A stretch of 64,000 nt of DNA, taken from contig NC_079165.1 in assembly GCF_947568905.1 (NCBI RefSeq), positions 86,118,001 to 86,182,000 on the forward strand, read 5' to 3'. The notes beneath the pieces are model-generated. The model did not search any database. It saw nothing but the letters and a program-made list of their open reading frames with translations, and was not told where the DNA came from. Position 1 is the first letter of the stretch. Each line of letters opens with the position of its first letter. A program made the translations under genes and the position numbers. The DNA comes from Ostrea edulis. Lineage: Eukaryota. Below, piece by piece: positions 22,880 through 36,071 of this stretch.

Positions 22880-25800
22880 GGCACCGTGTAATTCATGGAC
22901 TGGAGTTATGGAGTGGAGTTTGGAGTCAAATTTTGGAGTCTGAGATTTTTTAAAAATATGAATGGAAAAAGACGTTCAAGAATTTGCATTAGTTTGAAAG
23001 TCTTCAATATTTTTGTATGATTGTTGGCTGCTTCACATCTGATTAGTAATTCACAGGAACAATGACCCAGTTAAAATTTATGTTTTTGACACTTATGTAA
23101 GTAGTCAGAACTTGGGAAAATTAAACCAGAAGTGAATAGATAGACATGATACTGACGAAATAACTACGGTTCTTTCAAAATATATGTGACCTAGTGTTGG
23201 GTTAACTTAGTTTTCCGCAGAACAACATGAGTCACCAATATATTGAATGCATAGCAAAGTATATTATTTAAGTAAATGTATATGTGAATTGATAATCTTT
23301 TTAAAGTGCCATGTTAAGAAACCAAGTTGATAGTTGCATATTTAAAGTAAACGAGAGAAAAATCATTGAATAATCTTCCTCAATATGGATTATATGGAAA
23401 TGCATATAAACCATGGAAGTAGCTATTTGAACGAATTTGCAAAAATCAAACAACCTTGTAGCATTTTATTAACCTACATTGTACAGCTGTGTGGTCAAAA
23501 AACCTATAAAAGTTTTAGCAGACATAACAAAGATGTGACAGATGATAAAATTTAGTTTAGGGGTTTTATCACCTTCCAATTATGTGTTGAAAGCAATGGT
23601 GGTCATTATTTATGTAACAGTTAAATTTGATTAAAACATAGAATAAACTGTCACTGTTTTAGGTAACATACTAATTGAAAATGAAAGCTCTGTTAGATTA
23701 CATTAGCTCATAGAATTGTTTTCCAATTAAGTGAAAGGTCAGAATACTTCACACCCAGTTTCAGAGATGCTGATTAAACTGTGAACAATGACCGTTTAAT
23801 TTTGGTCTATGTGACCTAATGTCGGGATAACTTGGTTCTCTAAAATCCAAATCATCTGGGGCCACAGAGGGGTAAATGATATTAGCACATGCAATAAAAA
23901 TGTGCCATTTTTAAGAATTAAAACCTAAACGAACCTCAAAAAGAGAGTATATATATGAAAAATTAATTGATAAAGAGTACTTGTTAACATTCAAGATTAC
24001 TGTGTGCTTGCTAGCTAAATCCTTGAGGTGTTTCTCTTTCTTCAAAAATGTCCAAGAAGATAATTCTGAAGAAAACATATGCTGAGGCTGTTAAAGGTAA
24101 GAACATATGATATAATATCTAACCAATTGGTATAAATTGTCCATTTTATTTCAACTAGATCCTTTTTAACTGGACATCAAAATCTTATTGTCGAACTTGT
24201 TATAAGTAACACAAACTTTGCTTAACGTTTTGGATAATTTTAAAATTCAAAGTTGTCTAAATATTTGCTGAATAAAGCTTAATTAATTGCAATTGAATAG
24301 GTGATGAAAAGTCAGACAGTGAATAAGGTGTTCCAGGTGAAAGTGTTATTAAGCCACAAATGACTGGATTTCCTTACCACAAATTACCACTTGAAAAGAC
24401 CAGCCAACCATGCCAAAAAGAAGGGCAACTTAGACTCAGGAAGACAAAAAATTCCCCAAAGGAAATTGTCAGACAGGTAAAACCAGTTGTATGGACAATT
24501 TCCTCCGACTCGGATAGTTCACCTACTCCAAAGAAGAGAGGAAGAAAAATGTCTGCAGTTGTATCACCTTTTAAAGGAGCCATTGATCATTCACCCTCAA
24601 CTTCTCTACTGCTTCCATTATTCCCAATCAAGAAAGGAAAAGAGGGAACTCAACAAAAAGATTTTCTACCTTCCCCCATTATCATAAGTGATATGAGTGA
24701 AGATGAGAAAAATTCAACTGTGCCATCACCTGTGCGAAGGCAACTCTTCAAAAGAAAATATAGCAGGTCAGATTCAAGTGACAGTTTGCCTGATATTGAC
24801 AGTGCCGTTTACATTCCAGAGAAACATTCAAAATGTCAAGAAGAATTTGTAGAATGTTATGAAAATGATCCACTTTTACCAATTTATAAGTCACCGAACC
24901 ATGGAATACCTACTAAAGAGGCTGTTGAAATTCTGATTCAAAAATTAAGACCGAACCAACTAACTAGAACAATTCCAACAGATATTAACAGAAATGCTGT
25001 ATTTGTATACAGCATTAATTCCATTGGGCATTGGAAAAATGCCCTTTGTGATGGAATGGGTTGTTGGATTCAGAATGGGAAAACCACAAATCATGTGAAA
25101 ATTGGAAATGATGGAACTATTGAAATATCAAATCAACATCAAAATTCAGAGAAATTGAGAGTCATAAGAAGGAAGTATACGAACAAATCTTACTCAAAAC
25201 TTCATAGAATTGTTATTCAATTACAAGAGTCAGACACTGATTTAATATTGGATCAAATGCTTGTCCAGTATTATTTTGATGGAAAGGAAGTTTCCGTAAC
25301 AGTTGCAGCCCATGGAAACAGCAATGAACCACCAACCTCTAAATATTAAAGAACATTTGAGAGCACCAAGAGTCGTATCAAAGAGCTCTGTCAGTTCAAC
25401 AAACCAAAGGATATTTTCCATACTCTTATAGAAGATGAAGGGGGCCTGAACGAAATAAAATGTGGGTCACAAATAGCTCGAGATAGGAAGCAAATACGTA
25501 ATTTTAATAGAAAGAGTCTATCTACACCAGATCCTGTCATTGAATGTTTGGATTTAGCGAAAAGACAGGAGAAAACCGAGGATAGATTTTTAAGAGAGGT
25601 GAGAGCTTCACCTGAATTTACAATGTTTATGTCAACCGATCGACAATTGACAGAAATAGAAAAATTTTGTACCAATGAGACCAATTTGTCAATTCTTGGA
25701 ATCGATACAACTTTTAATATTGGTGAATATTATGTGTCAATTACCACCTACAGACACCTGATGTTGACAAACTCTTTCGGGGTAGAACCAGTTATGATAG

Positions 25801-28800
25801 GACCAATGCTATTACACCAAAGAAAGACATTTGATAGCTACTTCAAGTTGTCTTCATCTTTATTACAAAACTCTCCAAATCTGAAAAATCTACAAGTTTT
25901 TGGAACAGACGGTGACGTAAATTTGTCAAATGCATTTGAGGTTTGCTTTCCATCTAGCATACATTTACTTTGCGATATCCACATGGTTGACAACATAAAA
26001 ATAAAATTAAATAAACTAAATATCAAAGGACATTTAGCAAGACAGTACATACAAGATATTTTTGACCACATGCAGAAGGACACTAAGATAAAAGGACTGG
26101 TTGATTATCTAAATGAAACTGAAATGAGTAATGTACTCGAACAATTAAAGGAAGAATGGATTTCACGTCACGAAAATGGGAAAGACTTTTTACAATATTT
26201 TCTGGAACATAAACTTGAACTTATAAGAAATTGTATGAGCGCAGAAGTAAGAACAAGATGTGGACTCGGTTTTCCTCCAAAACCATATACACAAAATGGG
26301 AATGAATGCATCAACTCTGTCATAAAAGCCGATATTTTTAGTAAGAATAAAGGAAAAGAAAAGAAACTAGATCCTTATGACTTTGTCAAACTGGCAGAGA
26401 AGTGTGTTAGGCGACAAGAAAATGAAATCAAACTTGCTCTGATAGGCAAAGGGGAATATAAATTAAAAGCGGAATACAGACACCTGCAAACAGATGAGAC
26501 TTTGTATTGGAAGAAGTCAGCACAGCAAAGAGAAGCACTATTTAAACGGTATGCAGTATGAATCACTTATCTATATATCATTTTATATTTAAATAATTTA
26601 TTATTAATCCAAATGAATTTTATTTACTCCAATAACTGACGGTTATATCAAAATAATTCTATTTTGTTAAACAGGGAATATCAATTCTCTATATTTTGTT
26701 AAATGAAATACATGTATGAATTTAGATTGATGTAGAAAATATGGATTTCTATTTGTGGTCTTAAACGGCCCTTACTCTGAAAATAAAAAAAATACAATAT
26801 ATATTCTTAAACAACACATTCCCTGTACGTTTTCATCTATCTCCTACACCATGTCATGTGAAATTCATTAAATTTTTATAGTTTCCAAAATGAACCTCTT
26901 AAAGAAGAAGATAAAGAGAGAGATAACACCCCAAGCTGGTTTTCTCAATCCGAGTCCATGAGCTGCATACCAGGCCTTCCCTCTCGGGTCTCTGAAGATA
27001 TTATACAGGAAGCTGATAGGTTAATTACAACAAAACACAGTATTGTTCCTTTGCCTGGTGATACAGAGGGGAAGATCTACCTTGCTGCTAACAAAGAAAA
27101 ATCATCGGATCCTTTTAAGTTAAAATTCTATCCGAATTCTGCATCAGTGTCTTGTGAAAAGAGGTGTTCTCGATGGAGTGCATTCCAAGTCTGTGAACAC
27201 ACTATTAGTGTAGCCCAATATCTAGGTGTATTAAAAGAATATTTAACAAAACTTTCCAAAACAAGAGCACGAAAAGGAGTTAGTTGTAATTTATATCAGT
27301 TAGCCAGTACAAATATGCCAGCATGTCGTGGTAGAAAAGCAAATGCTGCGACCCAAAAAAGGAAAGGAAAAATTAGCAAAACTTCTAAGAACACTCTATT
27401 CTATGCAGATTCCAATGAATCGGATATTGATAAAACAAATAGAATTTCACATTGTCAGCCATTTCACTTGACCTTCCTTGCAGGATTGATAAGAGTGTGT
27501 TATGGATGTGGCCAAGATTTTAAACAGGCAAACAGGCAACCTCCACATGACCTTATTTTAAAACGGTTTGACCACAGAATCTATACTAGCCCCCGGACAA
27601 AACTGAAAAGGAAATCATTTAATTTGCAAAATACATATTTCCATCTGAATGCAGAATGTGCAAGAAAAATATGTCCTGAATTTGAAATGAAAGATGTTAT
27701 AATACATGATGAAATAAAATGTCAATTAACTTCAGATCATTTGAAGCTACTAAATGAAAATGGTATTTACCTTGGTAATTAAATAATTACTGCATGTGAT
27801 GAGATGCAATGAGAAAAAGAATTAAGAGATGAGCTCTTCAACTACTCATAAAACAAACTGCTGTTATTATTATTTTTTTTAATGTTTTTTGTTTTGTTTT
27901 TTGTATATTTTATATGTTTATTTACAACTATGTATAAACTTATTGTTATTATTATTGCTTTTTTAATTTGAATTATATTGCATAGAGATTAGAATTACTA
28001 TGCGCAAATAAAAAAGTAATTTAAAAACTGATTTTCATGTTTTAATTTATGATCATAGGAGGGTATAAAGACATGTTGATGCTACAACATGTACAACCCC
28101 TGTCATTTTTATCAAAAACTTGTTTTGGAGAAAACTGCATTTTTTAAACGAAGGAAAAATAGATGTGAAAAGGAAAAACTGTTTTTATGAGTGAAATTAA
28201 TACCAATGACCCTGTTTTAAGGACCAGCTATGCAGGGATTTGATGCAGCCACTGCTTGTCCCACATATTCAGTTTATCTGAGAATCTGTCAGGAGTTATT
28301 TATACAAGAGCAGGCAGTGTTTCACGATTATAACAGACCCATTCATTCACATCAGCATGTTATCATGAAAGTACAATAATTTTAGGAAATCCTTTTTTGA
28401 GGAAAAAGAGTAACTTGGAGTTGACCAGTTCACCTGTTTAAAAGAGAATTAACTTATAAATATAACATCAGTCCTGTGATTTAGGTAATAGATATTTTGT
28501 GATCTTCACCGGACTTGTTCAAACAATCACCATCTTAATTAAATGAATATTTGTAATTATCTCAACTCTAACGACATAAGCGTTTACAATGTCTTTCATA
28601 ATTATAGATTTGCTTATGGATAGCTCTGGTTGATGTTACAGGGTAATTTAATCATTTGTGAATGATGCCATTATCCAAATTGATAAAAAAAACTGCACAC
28701 CACTAGTTTACTTCAATAATATTTTTTTAACTACAGAATTATAGACCATAACGTTCAAAGGTACACACAACTGTCACCTCCAATTGCAGCATTCATTTGA

Positions 28801-29797
28801 TGTAATGTTAAAGCCACTGTTCATAGTGACAATGGTACATAAGTATTTCAGTTTAAGAGAAATACACAAATATATTTATGATTATTTTAAGCATTTATCT
28901 TTACTTTATAAAACATATCTCATTGCAGTATTTATTAAATCTAGAAATAGTTTTTTATATATATATATAAAAGGTTTATAATATTTATACTTAAAATGAT
29001 TTAAATAATTTGAAATAAAAAAAAATCTTCAAAAATCGTATGGTTACATATTTTCTCAGATGCCATTTTGCAAATTTATAAGTGCTGTTTTACAAATATT
29101 TAAGTGCCTTTTTGAATATTTCGGAAGAGCCGTTTTCACCATTTAGTATAAAATTCTAACACCCGGTGTTCTTAATACATTCGAGGTGTTTTTCGGAGCT
29201 TGTCGTAAAGGCCCGAGAAGTTGTGATTGCATGCTGAATATCAAAGTCCTAGCTGTTGTGTTGGTCGTAAGTTAGAGGTTAAACTGTTTTTATTTGATAA
29301 AGATCAAAGATAAAGTTCAATGTTACGAGATCAGTAAGAGTTTTTTTAGGACAAGAAATAGTTATGCTAAAGATCAAAGCCTTATCTCTCACGGTTCAAA
29401 AGACATAATGTATAATGATAGTGTGAAATATTCTTGAAAACTAGATCAAATATTATGTCATGAGGTCTGCAATCCTGGTGTTTTTCATAATGTCTTGGCT
29501 AAATATTAAACTAGTACCTCTTACAGTTCAATAGATATAAGGTGTCACCTAGTGGCAGAGGGACAGACAGACAATGGAAGGGTGTTCCATTAGTGCCCAT
29601 GCTTTAGATGACACAAAATAGATTCCATTGAACACTACTTCTATTAACAAACAAAACCACAAAAGAAATTAATTTAAGTTTTTGCTTGAAAGCAAAAATT
29701 AAACTAAAGAAAAGAGAAAAAACAGACTCCAAAATTTGACTCCAAACTCCACTCCAAACTCCACTCCATAACTCCAGTCCATGAATTACACGGTGCC
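22880..29797 (+). mobile_element. Mutator/MULE DNA transposon, 6918 bp
   Basis: TIRs ggcaccgtgtaattcatggactggagttatggagt... (left ~22880-22942, right ~29723-29797); 9-bp TSD ATAACAAAG at 22871-22879 and 29798-29806; MULE transposase inside. Confidence 0.95.
24360..27782 (+). pseudogene. MULE transposase (spliced; one in-frame TAA at 25347-25349)
   Basis: GIDTTFN (D), FGTDGD (D), LCDIH (CxxH), NGNECIN (E); phase-compatible GT-AG intron 26549-26881; SWIM-like CEKRC...CEH; C-terminal CYGC...FHLNAEC; possible upstream exon 24048-24096. Confidence 0.85.
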
Positions 29798-29806
29798 ATA
29801 ACAAAG

Positions 29807-30799
29807 TCGGTTACAGAGAAAGTGTTAGCAGAGATAAAACCATTGCTACAACAGCAGGGGAGTATCTCTGTTCATAATGAAGGGTCAGATTGTCAAATGA
29901 TAAGTAGGTCAGGGAATGCAAACATTTCTGGTTTGGTATCAAGTGCTGTGGTTGAACACAGTTCACAGATTGTTGGTACTGAATGCCCATCTTTAGCAAA
30001 TGCAGGTAAGAAGGCAGGATTTGTAAGCTTTTCTGTACCAATAGAGGCAAAGGTTTCAGACAAAATCAAATCAAAAATTTGGTCAAAACAGTATGTTGAT
30101 ATGGCTCTGTTGTTAAAAAAGGAAAAGGGAAAAAGTAAATATTCTATCAAAGTTGAAGAACAAGATCAGTCAGGTAAGGTGGTGATTCACAATATGAGGT
30201 CCGAAGATGATGACGATGTAAGGGATGGCTCCTTATCCCTGAATGACTGGGTAACGGCATGGAATAGGTATGCAGCAATATATTGCATTAAGTATACATC
30301 TGCACAACCAAAACTTGCAAAACATATGGAATCTGTTAGGCAGATTGCAGAAGACAAGGGGGATTGGAGAAAATATGATAAGGAGTTCAGGGAACTCATA
30401 GAACAAGGTGAGGTAGAATGGGGTGACGTCCATATGGAGATATATGTTAATGCTCGCCTCAAGCAATCTGAGAAAAAGTTGAGCAAAATTGCAACAGAGC
30501 GTTCAACATTGGGTAAGTATGAGGAAATTCCTCATGGAGCATGCTTTGCCTTTCACAAAGCTGGGAGATATTGTACCCTAGGTGCTTCTTGCAAATTTCA
30601 GCACAGATGTTTTAATTGTGGTGGCATCCATCCAATTTATTCATGTAAAAATCTGCTTCAACGGCCATTTCGTTTCTTGGACAGAGCTAGAACCCAAAAA
30701 TCATTTCAAAGTAATGGAAAACAAACTTACACAGGTAATTATAAATCCACAAAGGCAACCTATTCCACAAAAGGGTCCAACGCCAATAAATCCCAGTAG
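29807..30799 (+). pseudogene. gag C-terminal part with Cys/His zinc-finger cluster
   Basis: W..YD..FR motif and CFAFHKAGRYCTLGASCKFQHRCFNCGGIHPIYSC, as in DIRS/Ngaro gag proteins. Confidence 0.85.
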
Positions 30800-32342
30800 G
30801 TTAGAGTATTGGTTAGTGGGGTATGACAACATAGAAACTGAATTTTTAGTTAATGGTTTTAGATATGGTTTTAGTATTGGTTATACAGGGAAAATTGAAA
30901 ATATCGTTTCTAAAAACTTGAAATCAGCAAATGACTTACCAGATGTTATCAGCAAGAAGTTAGAGAAAGAGATATGTTTGGGTAGAATTATGGGTCCTTT
31001 CACAGAAAAGCCATTGCCAGTTTTACATTGTTCCCCCTTAGGTCTAGTTAACAAGAAAACAGAGGGTGAGTACCGTATGATTCATCATCTGTCATATCCA
31101 GAAGGTAAATCGGTCAATGATGGCATCCCAGAAGAGGAGTCATTTGTTCAATACTCTTCTGTTGAGGATGCTATTCAGTACATTAAAAAGTGTGGGAAAG
31201 GATCATATTGTTGCAAAACAGATATTTCTAATGCATTTAGGATTATCAATTTACATGCATCCCAGTTTAAATATTTTGGTTTTACATGGCAAGGTAATTG
31301 GTATTTTGACACATGTCTTCAGATGGGTTGCAGTTCTTCTTGTCGCATATTTGAAAGGTTTAGTACGGCGGTTCAGTGGATAGCACAAGAAAAATTAGGT
31401 ATAAAATTTATGACTCATGTATTAGATGATTTTCTAATTGTTGATAAATCTGCCACAGAATGCCGCAAGAAACTTGAGACATTCTTAACAGTTTGTGCTG
31501 ACATAGGTATACCTATGGCTAAGGATAAAACATTCGGTCCAGACAAGATAATGACTTTTCTGGGTTATGAATTAGACACTGAGATGATGGAGGCACGGCT
31601 ACCTATTGATAAAGTTAGAAAATGTGAGGATGCAATTGAGGAGATTTTGCCTTGCAAAAAGATTACTTTGAAGGATATGCAATCAGTGATTGGTCTTCTT
31701 AATTTTGCTTGTAATGTGGTCTTGCCATGAAGAGCATTTCTAAGGCGACTTATCAATACCACTGTTGGCATTATAAAATCATATTATCACATTAGATTAA
31801 ACAAAGAGGTAAAAGCAGATTTACATACTTGGTTGGCCTTTTTGGATCAATTCAACGGTAGGTCAGTTTTCTTACCGGATAGGTGGGTAGATTCCAACGA
31901 ATTGAAATTGTATACAGATGCTTCAGGATCTATTGGATATGGGGCAGTGTTAGGAGGACATTGGTTCTATAGTACTTGGGATGTTAATTGGAAAAAATGT
32001 AATATTACTCTCTTGGAATTTTATCCAATAGTTTTAGCTCTTAAAGTGTGGAGTCATATTTTGAAAAACAAATGTATTTACTTTTACACAGATAATTATG
32101 CTCTTGTGCATATCATTAACAAACAATCATCGAAAGATAAATGTATAATGTATCTGGTGAGAGAGTTAGTGCTCATTTGTTTGCAGTCTAACATTTTGTT
32201 TCAAGCTAGGCATCTTAGTACCAAAGAAAATATTCTATGTGACTGTTTGTCTCGTTTGAAGGTTCAGCAGTTCCATCAGTTGGCTCCTTGGATGGACAAA
32301 GAACCGATGTTGATTCCTCAGCTGCCAGCCTTACCTCCTTAG
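30713..32342 (+). pseudogene. pol (reverse transcriptase + RNase H), one nonsense codon at 31728-31730
   Basis: KTDISNAF, LQMGCSSS, HVLDDF; VLP*RAFLRRL continues in frame; RNase H motifs YTDAS, ITLLE, YTDN, CDCLSR. Confidence 0.9.
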
Positions 32343-33232
32343 AACCAGTCTTGAGGAATCTGTTGAATTCAACATTGGCACCAGCTTCCACTCAGGCATA
32401 TAAAAGGGCATGGGCTACTTTCAGAAATTTTGCAAACAAATTTCATATAAGTAATGATCTTCCATTGTCTCAGGATACTTTGGCATTGTTTATCTCTTAT
32501 TTATTTGCTGAAGGTTATGCAGCCTCTTCTATTGTGTCATTTATTTCATCAATAGCATATATACATAGAATCAATAACTTGCCCGACAATACGTCATGCT
32601 TCCTTGTTCAAAAACTGTTAAGTTCTTGTCGCAAATCAAGACCTTCAATGGATATTCGTTTACCAATAACAATTGCAGTGCTACATAAAATCTGTGGGGC
32701 ATTAGAAAATACAGTGTCAAATATTTATAAGAAAGTACTATTTCAAGCAATGTTTTTATTGGCTTTCCATGGGTTCCTCAGAATAGGAGAAATAACATCA
32801 AGTTGCACTGCTAATCATATCTTGCAAATGTCACAGGTTACTTTTCTAAAAAGTAAAATTTTGATTCACTTTCAAAATTATAAACATTCTGGTGGTAAAG
32901 TCTTTACACTTACAATCAATTTGTGCAACTCTTTTAAATATTGTCCAGTCGGGGCATTAGATTACTACTTAAAAATGAGAGGGAGGCGTGAAGGGCCCCT
33001 TTTTTGCTACCCCCCAAATATCCCTGTCTCAAGGCACGAATTCTCAAACATATTAAAAGAGAGTCTCATGTTTTGTAATTTGGATGTTAATAGATTCAAA
33101 GGACATTCTTTTCGAATTGGAATGGCCTCTTACTGTGCATCACGGGGGATGAGTGATAGTCAGATTAGATTCCTGGGCAGATGGAAATCAGATGCATTTA
33201 AATCTTACATAAGACATGTGACACCATGTTGA
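32288..33232 (+). CDS. Tyrosine recombinase of the retroelement (apparently intact; ORF opens at TTG and overlaps the RNase H end)
   Basis: FHGFLRIGE (R), CPV, GHSFRIG (HxxR), LGRWKSDAFKSYIR (W, catalytic Y). Confidence 0.92.
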   Translation: MDGQRTDVDSSAASLTSLEPVLRNLLNSTLAPASTQAYKRAWATFRNFANKFHISNDLPLSQDTLALFISYLFAEGYAASSIVSFISSIAYIHRINNLPDNTSCFLVQKLLSSCRKSRPSMDIRLPITIAVLHKICGALENTVSNIYKKVLFQAMFLLAFHGFLRIGEITSSCTANHILQMSQVTFLKSKILIHFQNYKHSGGKVFTLTINLCNSFKYCPVGALDYYLKMRGRREGPLFCYPPNIPVSRHEFSNILKESLMFCNLDVNRFKGHSFRIGMASYCASRGMSDSQIRFLGRWKSDAFKSYIRHVTPC

Positions 33233-34151
33233 TATATGTCTGGGTTGAAGTGGAGCTAAAAGGCAGATCTCAGTGTTCTTTACATGTGCAGGACCTTGAC
33301 TTCCAAGTGTGTTTCAGGATCATTACCTAACGGGGACATATGCTTAAGTCATTTGTTAATACTTAGGCTGGTAAATGTTCAAGCTACACACATATATGAC
33401 GGTGGTGAAATGACAGTGAGAAATGTTACATGCGATGTACTGTTTGTATGGGGCATATGTTTATCCCTTATCAAGAACATTTATGCCTGAGTCATTTGTT
33501 AATACTCAGGATCACATACAAACCAAATCCTCAAATGACGGTAATACTTTGATTTTGTTGTAACGAGGGCATATGTTTATCTCTCAAAGAGCAATTTTAT
33601 CATTATTATTATTGAGTTGTAATAGATACATGTATATTTTCCTACATGTCTCATGGACAAGTTGTGTTTCTGTTGTAGTATGGGACATATGTTTATTCCC
33701 ATATTGCAATGTCCAAATTATGTAATTGTTACCCACTACTGATAATTTTATGGTTTGATGTGTGTTGCCACAGTTTTCCTTCATGGGTCTGAACTTTCCC
33801 TGTTTCGGTCAAGTCAGTGGCGTTTTCAGACCCATTTTCATAATTTTTCGGTTAAGTCTAAGTTTTAATTACTGAAAATTTGGATTATCTCCCTTTACAA
33901 AATTGGTTTATTTTTCATATTTACATTTTGTGTCTGTTAAAATTATATGACATTGTTAATAATACTTTTGAGAATTTCAAACAAATTATTAAACGTCACA
34001 AAGGTGGCAACACACGACAAACTGTTCTTTAGGCTTTTTATTCATTAGAGGAGGATAAGATATGGTTATTTTATTGATGAGAGGATATTGGAAAGAAAGA
34101 AGCAAATTAATGGGTTACTGGGCAATAAAAAGACTTATTGCATTAATATAA

Positions 34152-34391
34152 ATAAATTTAAGTTTACTTAAGAATTCTTATAGTAATCAATAAGTATCCT
34201 CCTTGAATGGCATAGTCTGAGATATTGTATGGTTAAGCATGATGATGGTTATTTTGTCCCGTGTCTGAGGACAGGCAGAGATTGACCAATCAGATTCTAA
34301 CAATTAAAATTCCGGCCATGCGGTGCGTCACTCTGCCTCTTCTCCCACCTACAGCTTTGGAGGACGGACGTTTTTTCAAGTTTGTGAGTTA
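34152..34391 (+). repeat. Right terminal direct repeat (CCAAT box, tgcgtcac motif, pyrimidine-rich initiator-like ctcttctccc)
   Basis: Copy of 19871-20090 with an extra 20 bp at 34318-34337. Confidence 0.9.
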
Positions 34392-36071
34392 CCTCCTTCC
34401 GCCCCTCCTCCGCCATTGACATTTCGAAACCACGTCACAAAACTTAAGGCGATCCGACAGAGCCTGATGACGTGGAGTGTAGGTATTCCGCTGTGAAGGA
34501 CAATTTGTTTGATACAAAGTAGTAAAGCGATGTATTTCTTTTGAGAGAAAGTGAACTTTACTCGGGTAATGAAGATACACTGCGCAGAATTATGTAGATG
34601 TCTGTACAGATATCTCATTTCTCATTATACAGAAAAAATTATCTAACCCCCAAACAATCTGATTAGATCCGCTACCCTAATATCATGTCGCTGCACAAAT
34701 GTTGTAATATAATATTATTTCAGGGGATCAAAGGTCTGATTTTCATCAGACTGACCCTGTAAACAAAATTATTTGATATCTTCAACTTGTCCCATACTTG
34801 GAATAAACGTATTTTTACAGCTCATCACTTTATAAATCAAAATTAGAAAGACAAATATTTCTTTTAAAATGACTTTGTGATGCAGATTGATACATTTTGA
34901 TATTTTCTCAAGATTTCTATCCCATTCTGAAACAAACTGTTTGATAATTATTTCATTCACCTGTGAGTCGAAGCTTTTCATAAGTGTGAAAATCTCAGTT
35001 CGTCCATACTTACGGCAGTCCAGAAAAGTTAAAACATATCTCATAATTTTAAACCGAAGATGTTCCAAAGATCTGTCATAAAATCACATACTAAAAACAT
35101 GTACGTTTAAAAATTTCACAAGATCAAAAGGAATAATTATTAAGATTAGATATCTATCAGTTTGTTTGTTTTTTTTAAAATAAAATACATTTGCACATAT
35201 TGGAATTTTGAGATTATACGAACTTTTTAAATATCTTTTCAACATCGAAAAACTTTTCATAACGGCATGCTTCACATACAGACAGCGATATTGGGCTAAT
35301 ACAACAGTCAAACAAATCAAACTGACGATCTACGGATAAATCTAAATATTCAAAATCTTCACTTGAAACTCATCCTGTATATGTTTAACTCTGAGTCATT
35401 AAAGACTGAATAATAAATTTCTGTGATATTCTCTATCACATATCATTTTTATTTTGACAAAACACATTTCCACAAAAATAAATAAAAATGATTTCTAAAG
35501 TAGGAGTTATCGATCTTAACTCATAAAATCTTTACATAAAGACTTGTTAAAAGCTGCATGGCCAGTAAAATGTAATTGTCTCTCATAAAGTTGCACAATA
35601 TAATGAATATATTATCAACATATTTAGAAAACTTCTCAACAAATTTGTTCTTGGGTAAAACAATACAGAAATTCTACTTGTACACATAGGTAAGCGGGGT
35701 ACGAGTCGAGATGGAAATCGACAAAACGTGTTTTTATTTTTCAAGCTGTTGAAATTATTTAAACAACATTTAGATAAACCGAGTTTTACGAATTGAAAGG
35801 CTTACACAATAATGTTTCATTACGGTTTTTTTAAGGATTATAAATATTTCACTCAACATTTAGAAAATTAAGACTTGACCATAAGTTTATATACGTCCTT
35901 TACCCGTGTAATTGATTGCAACAAATGCACGTAATCAGCGAAAAGTGGATATGTTTTCAGGTGAAAGGTCCAGATTTTGCACTCACCCTAAAAAACTCCA
36001 AAATAACATAAAACCAAATAATGAAGAAAAAAGATACTAATATTTCTTCCAACTCATTCGAGTCCTGTCGA

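Larger units (their letters stand above)
19871..34391 (+). mobile_element. Ngaro-like tyrosine-recombinase retrotransposon (SGNH, gag, RT/RH, YR), interrupted by a Mutator-like element
   Basis: Terminal direct repeats 19871-20090 and 34152-34391; overlapping gag, pol and YR ORFs; no methyltransferase ORF; left end coincides with loss of homology to copy 2. Confidence 0.85.
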
